This document shows, piece after piece, positions 10,264 through 20,041 of a DNA stretch of 48,504 bases. How positions within the stretch are numbered: the stretch's first letter is position 1; every line of letters begins with the position of its first letter. Location of the stretch: the NCBI GenBank assembly GCA_964394545.1, contig CAYMXX010000003.1, positions 7,573 to 56,076 of the forward strand, in the 5' to 3' direction. The DNA comes from an uncultured Clostridium sp. Its GTDB lineage: Bacteria; Bacillota; Clostridia; TANB77; CAG-508. The notes beneath the pieces were generated by a model that saw only the letters and a list, made by a program, of their open reading frames with translations, was not told the DNA's origin and made no database searches. The translations under genes and the position numbers were made by a program.

Positions 10264-10929
10264 ATGTACGCAAAATACATAAAAAGAATATTGGACTTTG
10301 TTTTAAGTTTATTAGCAATAATAGTATTATCTCCATTAATGCTTGTAGCATGGATATTAGTAAGAAAAAAGCTAGGAAAACCAGCAATATTTAAACAACA
10401 AAGGCCAGGAAAAGATGAAAAAATATTTACATTATATAAATTTAGAACAATGACAGACCAAAAAGATGAAAATGGAGATTTATTACCAGACGAACAAAGA
10501 ATAACTAAGCTTGGAAAAATGTTAAGAAGTACTAGTTTAGATGAATTACCAGAACTATGGAATATATTAAAAGGAGATATGGCAATAGTAGGACCGAGGC
10601 CACAATTAATTAAAGATATGCTATTCATGACTGATGAACAAAGAAAAAGACATACTGTTAGACAAGGCTTAACTGGATTGGCACAGATAAATGGCAGAAA
10701 TAATATAACATGGGAAGAAAAAATTGCATATGACTTGAAGTATATAGAAAAAATTACATTCGCTGATGATTTAAAAATAATTTTGAAAACAGTAAGAAAA
10801 GTGTTTAAAAAAGAAGATATTTCAACTGATGGAATGGAAACAGCAGAAGATTTGTGTGATTATTTATTAAGAACAGGGAATGTAAGTAAAGAAGAATATG
10901 AAGAAAAAATGAAAATGATAGGAAAATAA
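10264..10929 (+). CDS. Small PglC/WcfS-type undecaprenyl-phosphate sugar phosphotransferase (priming transferase)
   Basis: A 221-aa ORF with one N-terminal re-entrant helix, then KPAIFKQQRPGKDEKIFTLYKFRTM...DELPELWNILKGDMAIVGPRP. Confidence 0.85.
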   Translation: MYAKYIKRILDFVLSLLAIIVLSPLMLVAWILVRKKLGKPAIFKQQRPGKDEKIFTLYKFRTMTDQKDENGDLLPDEQRITKLGKMLRSTSLDELPELWNILKGDMAIVGPRPQLIKDMLFMTDEQRKRHTVRQGLTGLAQINGRNNITWEEKIAYDLKYIEKITFADDLKIILKTVRKVFKKEDISTDGMETAEDLCDYLLRTGNVSKEEYEEKMKMIGK

Positions 10930-10933
10930 AAAA

Positions 10934-11698
10934 ATGGAGAAAGATTTAGTTTCAATTATAACGCCTACATATAATTGTGGAAAATTTATAACAGAAACCA
11001 TTGAGTCAGTTATAGAACAAACATATAAAAATTGGGAAATGATAATAGTTGATGACTTCTCAAAAGACAATACACAAGCTATTGCAGAAGAATATATAAA
11101 CAAGGATAAAAGAATAAAATATATAAGATTTGAAAAAAATCAGGGGGCAGCGATTGCAAGGAATACTGCTATAAAAGAAGCAAAAGGAAAATATATAGCA
11201 TTTTTAGATAGTGATGATTTGTGGAGTAAAGATAAATTAGAAAATCAACTTGATTTTATGAAAAAAAATAATTATGATTTCTCATATACAAATTATGAAG
11301 AAATAGATGAAAAATCGCAACCACTAAATGTACATGTAACAGGACCAAAAAAAATAACAAAAAGTGGCATGTACAATTATTGCTGGCCGGGATGCTTGAC
11401 TGTAATGTATAATGCAGAAAAGGCAGGATTAATACAAATTGAAAACTTACCAAAAAATAATGACTATGCAATATGGTTAAAGATTATAAAAAAAGCTAAT
11501 TGTTATTTATTAGATGAGTGTTTAGCACAATATAGAATTAGGACAGGTTCTATTTCGAGAAGTAGTAAAATTAAATTGATAAAATATCATTATATTTTAT
11601 ATAGACAAGGTGAAAAGTTGAATGCTGTGAAATCAATATTCAATACAATTAGAAATTTGATTTTTGGGGTTATTAAGAAAATAAGATATGTAGAATAG
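10934..11698 (+). CDS. GT2-family glycosyltransferase
   Basis: VSIITPTYNCGKFI...IIVDDFSKDNT...FLDSDDLW (DxD motif). Confidence 0.8.
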   Translation: MEKDLVSIITPTYNCGKFITETIESVIEQTYKNWEMIIVDDFSKDNTQAIAEEYINKDKRIKYIRFEKNQGAAIARNTAIKEAKGKYIAFLDSDDLWSKDKLENQLDFMKKNNYDFSYTNYEEIDEKSQPLNVHVTGPKKITKSGMYNYCWPGCLTVMYNAEKAGLIQIENLPKNNDYAIWLKIIKKANCYLLDECLAQYRIRTGSISRSSKIKLIKYHYILYRQGEKLNAVKSIFNTIRNLIFGVIKKIRYVE

Positions 11699-11733
11699 AA
11701 TTCAATGAAGATATTATTTAAAAAGTAGGAGAT

Positions 11734-11829
11734 ATGATGTATAAAGTAAGTGTATGTGGGCATTTTGGTCAGAATGATGAGTTACTCAATGGTCAGACAA
11801 TTAAAAAGAAAAATATTACTAAAAAATGA
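11734..11829 (+). pseudogene. 31-codon remnant of a glycosyltransferase N-terminus
   Basis: MMYKVSVCGHFGQNDELLNGQTIKKKNITKK* resembles the (I/V)CGHFG..(E)FLDGQT(V/I)KTK N-terminus seen in capsule-locus glycosyltransferases. It keeps an AGGAGA RBS but has no downstream body. Confidence 0.45.
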
Positions 11830-11932
11830 ATAGAACAAATAGAATTTTTGTAAAAACAAAACTGATGAAAGTAAAATTGTATCAAAAATAAAATAAGGTT
11901 GAAATATAAAGAAATAAGTAGGAGATAAAACT

Positions 11933-12757
11933 ATGAAAATACAAAATTTAGTAGTAAGTATAAATAAAAAAGGATTTGAGTTGTATAGTAATCTAAATAT
12001 CAAATGTGATGCAATAATTGCAAATCAATCAAATTCAAATAGCTACCAAGAAAAGTTGATAAATAGTAATAGAGTAAAATTAATTACTACAAATACTAAA
12101 GGAGTAGGTATTAATAGAAATTTAGCATTACTATATTCTGATGCAGATATATGTGTTTTGACTGACGATGATATGAAATATGAGGATAATTATTTGGAAA
12201 TAATAAAGCAGGCATTCGAAAAAATACCAACAGCAGACATAATTGTTTTTAATATTGATACTGTTGGAAAAGATGTTGGAAGAAGAAAAAATAAAAAAAT
12301 AAAGAGAATATCTAAAATAAATTTTATGAATTATGGTGCAGCAAGAATTGCATTTAAAAGAAAATCTATTATAAGAGAAAACATATGGTTTTCCTTATTA
12401 TTTGGAGGTGGATCAATTTATTCATCAGGTGAGGATACATTGTTTTTAGCTGAAGCCTTAAATAAGAAATTAAAAATATATACATATCCACAAACAATTG
12501 CAACAGTTAATCAAGAAAACTCAACATGGTTTAATGGATATGATGAAAAATTTTTTTTTGATAAAGGAGCACTTATAGGACAAATTCATCCAAAAACAAA
12601 ATATTTATTTGCATTAATATATTTTCCACTACGTTTTAAATCTAATATTCCTTTCAGAATTAAACAAAAATTACTGTATAAAGGAATGAACAGTTATAAA
12701 AAAGGAATTGATTATAATTATTGGGAAAATTTACGAAATAATCAAAAGGGGAAATAA
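11933..12757 (+). CDS. GT-A fold glycosyltransferase (family uncertain)
   Basis: A 274-aa ORF with ICVLTDDDMKY (DxD-like) and SGEDTLF motifs; the RBS is AGGAGA. Confidence 0.55.
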   Translation: MKIQNLVVSINKKGFELYSNLNIKCDAIIANQSNSNSYQEKLINSNRVKLITTNTKGVGINRNLALLYSDADICVLTDDDMKYEDNYLEIIKQAFEKIPTADIIVFNIDTVGKDVGRRKNKKIKRISKINFMNYGAARIAFKRKSIIRENIWFSLLFGGGSIYSSGEDTLFLAEALNKKLKIYTYPQTIATVNQENSTWFNGYDEKFFFDKGALIGQIHPKTKYLFALIYFPLRFKSNIPFRIKQKLLYKGMNSYKKGIDYNYWENLRNNQKGK

Positions 12758-12758
12758 T

Positions 12759-14000
12759 ATGCTATATTTATTTACTTTTTTTTATATATTTGGTTTTAAA
12801 ATATATTCAATTATAGATTCAACAATATTAGTTGGAATATTATTGTCTATAAAAATTATTATTAATAAAGAACTTGCTAATATATTTAAGAAAAAAATAT
12901 TCAGTAAAAGTACATTTGAAATTGTTATATCATTTCTTTTATTATTAGTGACTGCAGGGGTGGCTACTGTTGGTGGTGGAGAGTACGACTTTTCATATAT
13001 GAAGGTATTAATTCATTTGTTGATAGTTATAATCATTGGATATGAATTGGCATCTTTATTTGAATACAAAGGAAAAGCATCAAAGATATTAAATTATATG
13101 ATAGTTGCATTTTTAGTTCAAACTATTTTCCAATGGATATGTTATATATTTCCAACTTTCTCCTCATACTTTAATTATTTTAGGAGTAGTTCTATGGTGG
13201 AAAAAAGTGTTTATTATAACGGGTATAGAGGAATAGCTTTATCACAATCAGGTTTCTTTGCATTGTCATCTTCTTATGCTTTAACAATTTTAATGTATTT
13301 TTCTAAAAATAATACTTTAACAAAAAACAATTTCTTGAAATATACTTTGTTTGGAATTTTGGTATCAGGTACTTTTTTTGCTGGAAGAACAGGCTTCGTT
13401 GGATTACTTTTTATTCCTATATTATTATATTTTAATAATGAGAAAAAAGAAAAAATTATTTTATCTAAAACACTAAAACGATTGACTGTAGCATTGATTT
13501 GCATTGGCATATTTTTGGCTGCTATTTCTTGGATGTCGAATAATAAAAAATTTGCTAAAGTATATAATTTTGCGTTTGAACTTTTTAATAATTATGAAGA
13601 AGGAAATGGATTTAGATCAACCTCAACAGATGTGCTTTTTGAAATGTACAATATAGATATTTCAGCAAAAACATTTATTTTCGGTGATGGAAAGTATTCA
13701 TCAGATGATGGAAATTATTATAAAAAAACAGATGTTGGCTATTATAGAAAAATATTATATTTTGGAGTAATAGGATTAATTTTAAGTATATTATTGCAGT
13801 ATTTTCTTTTTGGAAATAAAAAAAATAAAATAGAAACGTGGATAATATTAGCATTGTTATTAATTTTAGAATTAAAGGGTGAAATAATAGGATTAAATAT
13901 AATGATAAATTCAATTGTTACACTATATTCAGATATACCTTTATATGGAAAGGAAAGAAAAAAAGATGGAGACGGTTACAGTTTTAATGACAACGTATAA
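12759..14000 (+). CDS. wzy: Wzy-type repeat-unit polymerase (polytopic membrane protein)
   Basis: About 10 predicted hydrophobic helices and a large loop, with no other family signature. Its position in the locus fits Wzy. The likely start is ATG 12759, which follows the upstream stop directly. Confidence 0.6.
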   Translation: MLYLFTFFYIFGFKIYSIIDSTILVGILLSIKIIINKELANIFKKKIFSKSTFEIVISFLLLLVTAGVATVGGGEYDFSYMKVLIHLLIVIIIGYELASLFEYKGKASKILNYMIVAFLVQTIFQWICYIFPTFSSYFNYFRSSSMVEKSVYYNGYRGIALSQSGFFALSSSYALTILMYFSKNNTLTKNNFLKYTLFGILVSGTFFAGRTGFVGLLFIPILLYFNNEKKEKIILSKTLKRLTVALICIGIFLAAISWMSNNKKFAKVYNFAFELFNNYEEGNGFRSTSTDVLFEMYNIDISAKTFIFGDGKYSSDDGNYYKKTDVGYYRKILYFGVIGLILSILLQYFLFGNKKNKIETWIILALLLILELKGEIIGLNIMINSIVTLYSDIPLYGKERKKDGDGYSFNDNV

Positions 14001-14895
14001 TGAAAATAAAGAAATTTTTGTAAATGCGTTAGAATCTATTTTAAATCAGACATATAAAAATATAGAAATATTGGTTATTGTAGATAATAAAGAAAACAAA
14101 GAAATAATAAATACATTAAAAGAATATACGAAAAAAGATAATCGAATAATATATGTTGTTAATTCTCAGAATCTTGGATTAGCCGAATCGTTAAATAAAG
14201 GTATAAATTTAATAAAAACCAAATATATAGCAAGGATGGATGCAGATGATATTTCTACCATAGATAGAATTGAAAAACAAGTAAGATATGCAGAAGAAAA
14301 TCCTGAATTAGTCTTGATAGGGAGCAATATAAGTTATATTGATTTTGATGGCAATGAGATATATAAAAGAAACACACACCCTAATAGTTATCCTGAAATA
14401 AAGGAAATAATGAAATATATTAATATTTTTCATCATCCAACTTTCTTTGGCAAAACAGAAATTTTTAAAAAATATAAATATCGAAATTTGCAATATTCTC
14501 AAGATTATGATTTAGTATGTAGATTGCTTGAAAATAACTGTAAGGTAGGAAATATGAATGAATACTTATTATATTATAGAAAACCTAATGATATAAAAGA
14601 AGAAAAATTATATAAACAAAAAATTACATATTATTGCATTCAAAGGGAATACAATAAGGGAACTTTAAATAATGCAAATATAAATAAAATAGTAGAAAAT
14701 GAATTGAATGAGAAAAATAAAAATAATGTTATAAAAGGAATTAAATATTATAATAAAGCAGTAAATTATTATAAACAAAAAAAATATTTGAAGTTTATAA
14801 TCCTTTTCATAAAAAGTTGGATGTTGTCAAAATATCAAAGACACCAAATAAGAGGTATAATTAGAAGTTATAAAATAAATGGGGGTATTAAATGA
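13966..14895 (+). CDS. GT2-family glycosyltransferase
   Basis: VTVLMTTYNENKEI...ILVIVDNKEN...ARMDADDIS (DxD). The start METV at 13966 overlaps the wzy 3' end. Confidence 0.8.
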   Translation: METVTVLMTTYNENKEIFVNALESILNQTYKNIEILVIVDNKENKEIINTLKEYTKKDNRIIYVVNSQNLGLAESLNKGINLIKTKYIARMDADDISTIDRIEKQVRYAEENPELVLIGSNISYIDFDGNEIYKRNTHPNSYPEIKEIMKYINIFHHPTFFGKTEIFKKYKYRNLQYSQDYDLVCRLLENNCKVGNMNEYLLYYRKPNDIKEEKLYKQKITYYCIQREYNKGTLNNANINKIVENELNEKNKNNVIKGIKYYNKAVNYYKQKKYLKFIILFIKSWMLSKYQRHQIRGIIRSYKINGGIK

Positions 14896-15749
14896 TTTGT
14901 AAAGAAGAAATAAAAAAATATATACCAGACAAAATATTTTTAAAATATTTATATTATAAAAGAATGGATAAAAAGATAGATTTAACGTGCCCACAAACTT
15001 TTAATGAGAAGTTACAATGGCTAAAGCTATATGATAGAAGTCCAGAATATACAAAAATGGTTGATAAGCATGAAGCTAAAAAGTATGTGGCAGATGTAAT
15101 TGGAGAAGAGTACATAATTCCTACATTGGGTGTTTGGAATAAATTTGAAGATATAGATTTTAATCAATTGCCAAATCAATTTGTTCTTAAATGTACACAC
15201 GATTCAGGTGGGTTGGTGATTTGTAAGGATAAAGCAAATCTAAATATTAAAGAGGCAAAAAAGAAAATTAATAAGAGCTTAAAAAGAAATTATTATTATT
15301 CAGGAAGAGAATGGCCATATAAAAATGTTAAACCAAGAATAATTGCTGAAAAATATATGGCAACAAAGGAACAAAAAGAATTATTAGATTATAAATTTTT
15401 TTGTTTCAATGGAAAAGTTCAAACTATTTTAGTATGCTCAAATAGAAAAGGAAGTTTTAAAAATACAAATTTTTATGATACTAATTGGAATTTACAACCA
15501 TTTACTAGAGAAAAACATGAAAATAGTAAAGAACCAATAGAAAGGCCTAAAAATTTAGATGAGATGATAACAGTTGCAGAAAAATTATCAAAAGACATTC
15601 CATTTGTAAGGGTAGATTTATATGAAATAAGTGGAAAAGTATATTTTGGAGAATTAACTTTTTATCCAAGTTCAGGATTTGAAGGATTTGAGCCCGAAGA
15701 ATGGGATACAAAGTTAGGAAATATATTAGAATTGCCAATAAAAATATAA
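14892..15749 (+). CDS. TupA-like ATP-grasp amidoligase
   Basis: FNEKLQWLKLYDRSPEYTKMVDKHEAKKYV...LKCTHDSGG...YKFFCFNGK...VDLYEISGKVYFGELTFYPSSGF matches the ATP-grasp family named after teichuronopeptide TupA. Confidence 0.75.
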   Translation: MICKEEIKKYIPDKIFLKYLYYKRMDKKIDLTCPQTFNEKLQWLKLYDRSPEYTKMVDKHEAKKYVADVIGEEYIIPTLGVWNKFEDIDFNQLPNQFVLKCTHDSGGLVICKDKANLNIKEAKKKINKSLKRNYYYSGREWPYKNVKPRIIAEKYMATKEQKELLDYKFFCFNGKVQTILVCSNRKGSFKNTNFYDTNWNLQPFTREKHENSKEPIERPKNLDEMITVAEKLSKDIPFVRVDLYEISGKVYFGELTFYPSSGFEGFEPEEWDTKLGNILELPIKI

Positions 15750-15771
15750 AAGATTGAAAGGGATAAATATT

Positions 15772-16560
15772 ATGGAAGAAATAAAAATATTATGGACAGG
15801 TGGATGGGACTCAACATTTAGAATGATTGAATTATCTAGAAAAAATGTGATTATTCAGCCAATATATGTATTAGATAGTGAAAGAAAAAGTACAGACAAT
15901 GAATTAAAATCAATGGATAAAATAATACAAGATTTAAATAAAAGGGATGAAACGAAAGCAAAAATAAATGCAGTAAAAATTGTAAAGAAAGAAAATATTC
16001 CAGAGAATAAGGAAATTACAGAGGCATATAAAATAATAAATGCAAGAACTAAATTGGGTTCTCAACATGATTGGTTAGCAAGATTAGCACTTGAATATAA
16101 AGGTATTGAAATTGGTACAGAGGCAGGAAATCCTGAAACAAGCCATATTATACAAGCAATAAATGAGTTTGGTAAATTGGTAATAAAAGATGGAATAGGA
16201 TATTTAGATAAAGAAAAATCATCTAATGAAGGTAAGCTTGTGTTAGGAAATTTTAGATATCCTATTATAGAAAAAACTGAAAAACAAATGTTTAATATAA
16301 TCAAACAGGAAAAGTATGAGGAAATAATGAAGCATATATGGTTCTGTCACAGACCAATAGATGGTAAACCTTGTGGAATTTGTCATCCATGTTGTGTGAA
16401 GGTTGAGTCAGGCATGGAGTTCCTATTGCCACAAGAAGCAATAAAAAGATATAGAAAAAGTAAAAAACTCGAAAAAATATTTGGAGAAAGTGTGGCAAAT
16501 AAAATAATATTATTATGTATAAGATTAAAGAAAAAGGTTGATAAGGTAATTGAGAGATGA
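15772..16560 (+). CDS. QueC/ExsB-like PP-loop ATP pyrophosphatase (adenine-nucleotide alpha-hydrolase)
   Basis: A PP-loop variant, ILWTGGWDSTF (compare SGGxDS), and a C-terminal Cys cluster, WFCHRPIDGKPCGICHPCC, resembling the QueC Zn site. The ORF opens at TTG 15754; ATG 15772 is preferred. Confidence 0.6.
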   Translation: MEEIKILWTGGWDSTFRMIELSRKNVIIQPIYVLDSERKSTDNELKSMDKIIQDLNKRDETKAKINAVKIVKKENIPENKEITEAYKIINARTKLGSQHDWLARLALEYKGIEIGTEAGNPETSHIIQAINEFGKLVIKDGIGYLDKEKSSNEGKLVLGNFRYPIIEKTEKQMFNIIKQEKYEEIMKHIWFCHRPIDGKPCGICHPCCVKVESGMEFLLPQEAIKRYRKSKKLEKIFGESVANKIILLCIRLKKKVDKVIER

Positions 16561-18060
16561 GAAGTAAAAAAGCAATATTAAATATAATTACATCACTATT
16601 ATTACAAGTTGTTGTTTTAATATGTGGTTTTATAGTACCAAAATTAATAATAACTAATTTTGGTTCAGACGTGAATGGATTAATTTCGTCAATAACACAA
16701 TTTTTAGCATATATTTCATTACTAGAATCACGGAATAGGACCAGTTATTAAAGCTGCTTTATATAAGCCAATAGCAAACAAAAATAAAAAGCAAATAGAG
16801 AATATATTAAAAGCATCTGAAAGATTTTTTAGAGTAATTGCATTAATATTTATTGTGTATTTAATTATTTTATCAGTTGTTTATCCAGCAATAGTAAGTA
16901 GCCAATTTGCATATATGTATACATTATCATTAGTATTAATAATATCAATAAGTACATTGGCAGAGTATTATTTTGGAATGACATATAAACTATATTTGCA
17001 GGCAGAACAAAAAACATATATTACATCTATTGTTCAAATGGTAGGATATATATTAAATACAAGTGCAATTTTAGTTTTAGTAAAATGTAATGCAAGTATA
17101 CAAATTGTTAAATTAGTAAGTAGCATAATATTTGTATTAAGACCAATAGTACAAAATATATATGTAAAGAAAAAATATAATATTAATTTAAAAGATGCAG
17201 ATAAGAATTACCAATTAAAACAAAAATGGGATGGATTAGCACAACATATTGCATCTGTAGTACATAATAATACTGATGTTACTATATTAACATTTTTCAC
17301 TCGAATAGCAGAAGTTTCTGTATATTCTATATATTATCTAGTTGTTAAAGGTATAAAGTCAATAATACAGGCTTTTACAGGGGGAATTGATGCTTCTTTT
17401 GGAGATATGATAGCAAAAGGAGAACAAGAGCAATTAAATAAAAGTTTTAAAACATACGAACTGTTTTACCATACTATTACTACAATTGCATATACTTGTA
17501 CAATTTTATTAATAGTTCCTTTTATAGCTGTATATACACTTGGAATTACAGATGCTAATTATATAAGACCAACTTTTGCAACTTTACTAGTTTTAGGAGA
17601 ATTTGTATGGGCTATAAGGTTACCATATAGTGGAATTACTTTAGCAGCAGGGCATTTTAAAGAGACTCGTAAAGGTGCATGGGTAGAAGCAATTTCCAAT
17701 ATTGTTATATCATTAATTCTTGTTTGGAAATATGGAATTGTTGGAGTAGCAATTGGTACATTAGTTGCGATGTTAATTAGAACAGTAGAGTTTGTATATC
17801 ATACAAATAAGTATATATTAGAAAGAAATCAAAAAAGTTCATTAATTAGATTTGGAATAATAGCAATGCAAGTAATTGCTGTTGTACTATTATCAAAATT
17901 ATTACCAACATATGAATTTACCAGCTATTTTGTATGGATAAAATATGCATGTATGGTATTTGCGTTAACGGTATTAATAGTTATTCCAGTAAATTTAATT
18001 ATTTATAAAAACGAAGCAAAAGATTTGTTAGGAATATTGAAGAGAAACCTTAAAAGATAA
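16557..18060 (+). CDS. wzx: Wzx-type (MOP superfamily) flippase; needs a +1 shift at in-frame CGG 16731-16733
   Basis: ORF 16557-16751 ends ...FLAYISLLES-CGG and stops at 16749. The +1 frame from GGA 16732 reads GIGPVIKAALYKPIANKNKKQIENIL... and runs into ORF 16855-18060. The join LLESGIGPVIKAALYKP is the typical Wzx TM2 loop. Confidence 0.75.
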
Positions 18061-18082
18061 TCTACTAAAATTTGGAGGAAAA

Positions 18083-20011
18083 ATGGATAAAGCAGATGTT
18101 ATAGAAATACTTAATAAAATTGAAATATCTATAAGAGAAATAGAAAAAAACGATTTTGAATTTCTTTCAAGAATGTATTCATATCAAAAATTTAATAAAC
18201 TTTTTAATAAAAGAATAGAAGAAGAACAATATAATGAATTAAGAAAAGATTTAAATAGTACAGAACTAAATGAATTAGTAGAAAAAATAAAAGATATAGA
18301 TGCAAATTTAAAAAAAGATAAAGAAGAACTTAATAAATCATGGGATGGATATAACGAAAACTATAAAGAGTATATGTATGATAAGTATTTTTATATATTA
18401 AATAAAATAACTGAAAATGATTTTTATAGAGAAAATATGTATGACTTTAAGTATTATATGGATAAATATTTAGAGTTTTACAAAAATATTATGAATATTT
18501 ATACAGGTGAAGATCCAATAAAGTTTTTCTCTGTTCCAAATAAGAATTATGTTATTTTTGGTAAAAATGGAGCAGGAAAAACAAAATTATTAAACCATGT
18601 AAAAGATAATTGTTTTAAAAATAATTCTTTTGTTGTTCCTTCAAATAGAAATATAGAGTTTGGAAACCAAGGAGATATAACTCAAGACTATAAAAAAGAA
18701 AAAAATCTTGCAAATATTTTTAATATGAGATCATATGAGTCTATATATCCAAATGATTATCTATGCCAAATGCTTAAAGATTTGGACTATAAGGAGTTAC
18801 AGCAAAATAAAGTATTTAACAATGGAATATGTATAGGGGAGACAAAAAATAAAGTTATTAAAACGTTTAATTCATTAAGTTTAGAAAGAAAAATTACATT
18901 TAATAAAGAAGAAAATTTGTTAGAGCTATATAATAGTGACCAAAGAGTAAATGAATATAGCATAAAAGATGGAAGCGATGGAGAAAAAACCATAATTCAA
19001 TTTATTATGTTTATATTGCTATGCCCCAAAAATTCATTTGTATTTATTGATGAGCCAGAAACACATTTAAATACAGCATTATTAAATGAGCTTTTTAATT
19101 TATTAGAAAATGAACGTAAAGATTTAATTTTTATTTATTGTACGCATGATATAGATTTTATAGAAAGTAGAATAAACTGTGAATTGGTATATTTAAATAA
19201 GTTTGATGGCAAAAAATGGGATATAAAAATGCAAGATTCATTTGATAATATACCAATTGATATAATAATTAGTATAATTGGAACCAAAAAAGATATTTTA
19301 TTTATAGAAAGTGAAGAAAATAAAATTGATTATAAATTTTATTCAACGCTATTTCCACAATATAAGATTATACCTGTAAATTCATGTGAAAGGGTAATTC
19401 AAAATTGTAAATCTGTTAATCAAAATAAAATATTTAATAGAAAAGCAATAGGAATTATTGATAATGATTATAGAGAAAAAGATGAAATAGATAAGTTATT
19501 AAAACAAAATATATTTGTATTAAAATATAATGAAATAGAAAATTTATTAATGGCAGAACCAATACTTAAAGTAATTTATTCAAATGTACTAAATTGTGAA
19601 GATAAAATCGAAAAAACAAAAGAAGAAGTAATAAAAGTAGCTAATAAGAATAAAGAGACTATTATTCAAGATTATATTAATAAAGTTTTCTTTAGAATAC
19701 AAACAATTGAAAAAATTAAATATGCATATGAAAAAGATAAATTAGAAGAAAGCATTGATATAGTTAATGAAAGAAACAAAAAGAAACTTATAAAAAAAGT
19801 AGAAATATTTAGTGAAAATTTAAATTTATATATTGAAGAAAAACAATATGAAGAAATAATTAGAAATGTTTCAAGTAAAGAATTTATTACAGAGGTAAAA
19901 GTAGCAAAAATAAATAAAGAAACATATATAAATATGGTTATTGCAAGAATAAAAGAAGATGAGAATTTTAGAAATATGATTAAAAATAATTATTTTGAAG
20001 AAATAAAATAA
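18083..20011 (+). CDS. ABC-type ATPase fused to a DUF4435/Toprim-like domain (OLD- or PARIS AriA/AriB-like), candidate defence protein
   Basis: Its motifs are Walker A (FGKNGAGKTKLL), an ABC-signature-like DGSDGEKT, Walker B (FVFIDEPETHL) and an H-loop (CTHD). These are followed by ILFIESEENKIDYKFY ... IGIIDNDYRE (Glu and DxD as in Toprim/DUF4435). The N- and C-terminal ends look coiled-coil-rich. Confidence 0.55.
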   Translation: MDKADVIEILNKIEISIREIEKNDFEFLSRMYSYQKFNKLFNKRIEEEQYNELRKDLNSTELNELVEKIKDIDANLKKDKEELNKSWDGYNENYKEYMYDKYFYILNKITENDFYRENMYDFKYYMDKYLEFYKNIMNIYTGEDPIKFFSVPNKNYVIFGKNGAGKTKLLNHVKDNCFKNNSFVVPSNRNIEFGNQGDITQDYKKEKNLANIFNMRSYESIYPNDYLCQMLKDLDYKELQQNKVFNNGICIGETKNKVIKTFNSLSLERKITFNKEENLLELYNSDQRVNEYSIKDGSDGEKTIIQFIMFILLCPKNSFVFIDEPETHLNTALLNELFNLLENERKDLIFIYCTHDIDFIESRINCELVYLNKFDGKKWDIKMQDSFDNIPIDIIISIIGTKKDILFIESEENKIDYKFYSTLFPQYKIIPVNSCERVIQNCKSVNQNKIFNRKAIGIIDNDYREKDEIDKLLKQNIFVLKYNEIENLLMAEPILKVIYSNVLNCEDKIEKTKEEVIKVANKNKETIIQDYINKVFFRIQTIEKIKYAYEKDKLEESIDIVNERNKKKLIKKVEIFSENLNLYIEEKQYEEIIRNVSSKEFITEVKVAKINKETYINMVIARIKEDENFRNMIKNNYFEEIK

Positions 20012-20041
20012 AAATATATTCCCAAACAGATAGGAGCCCTA

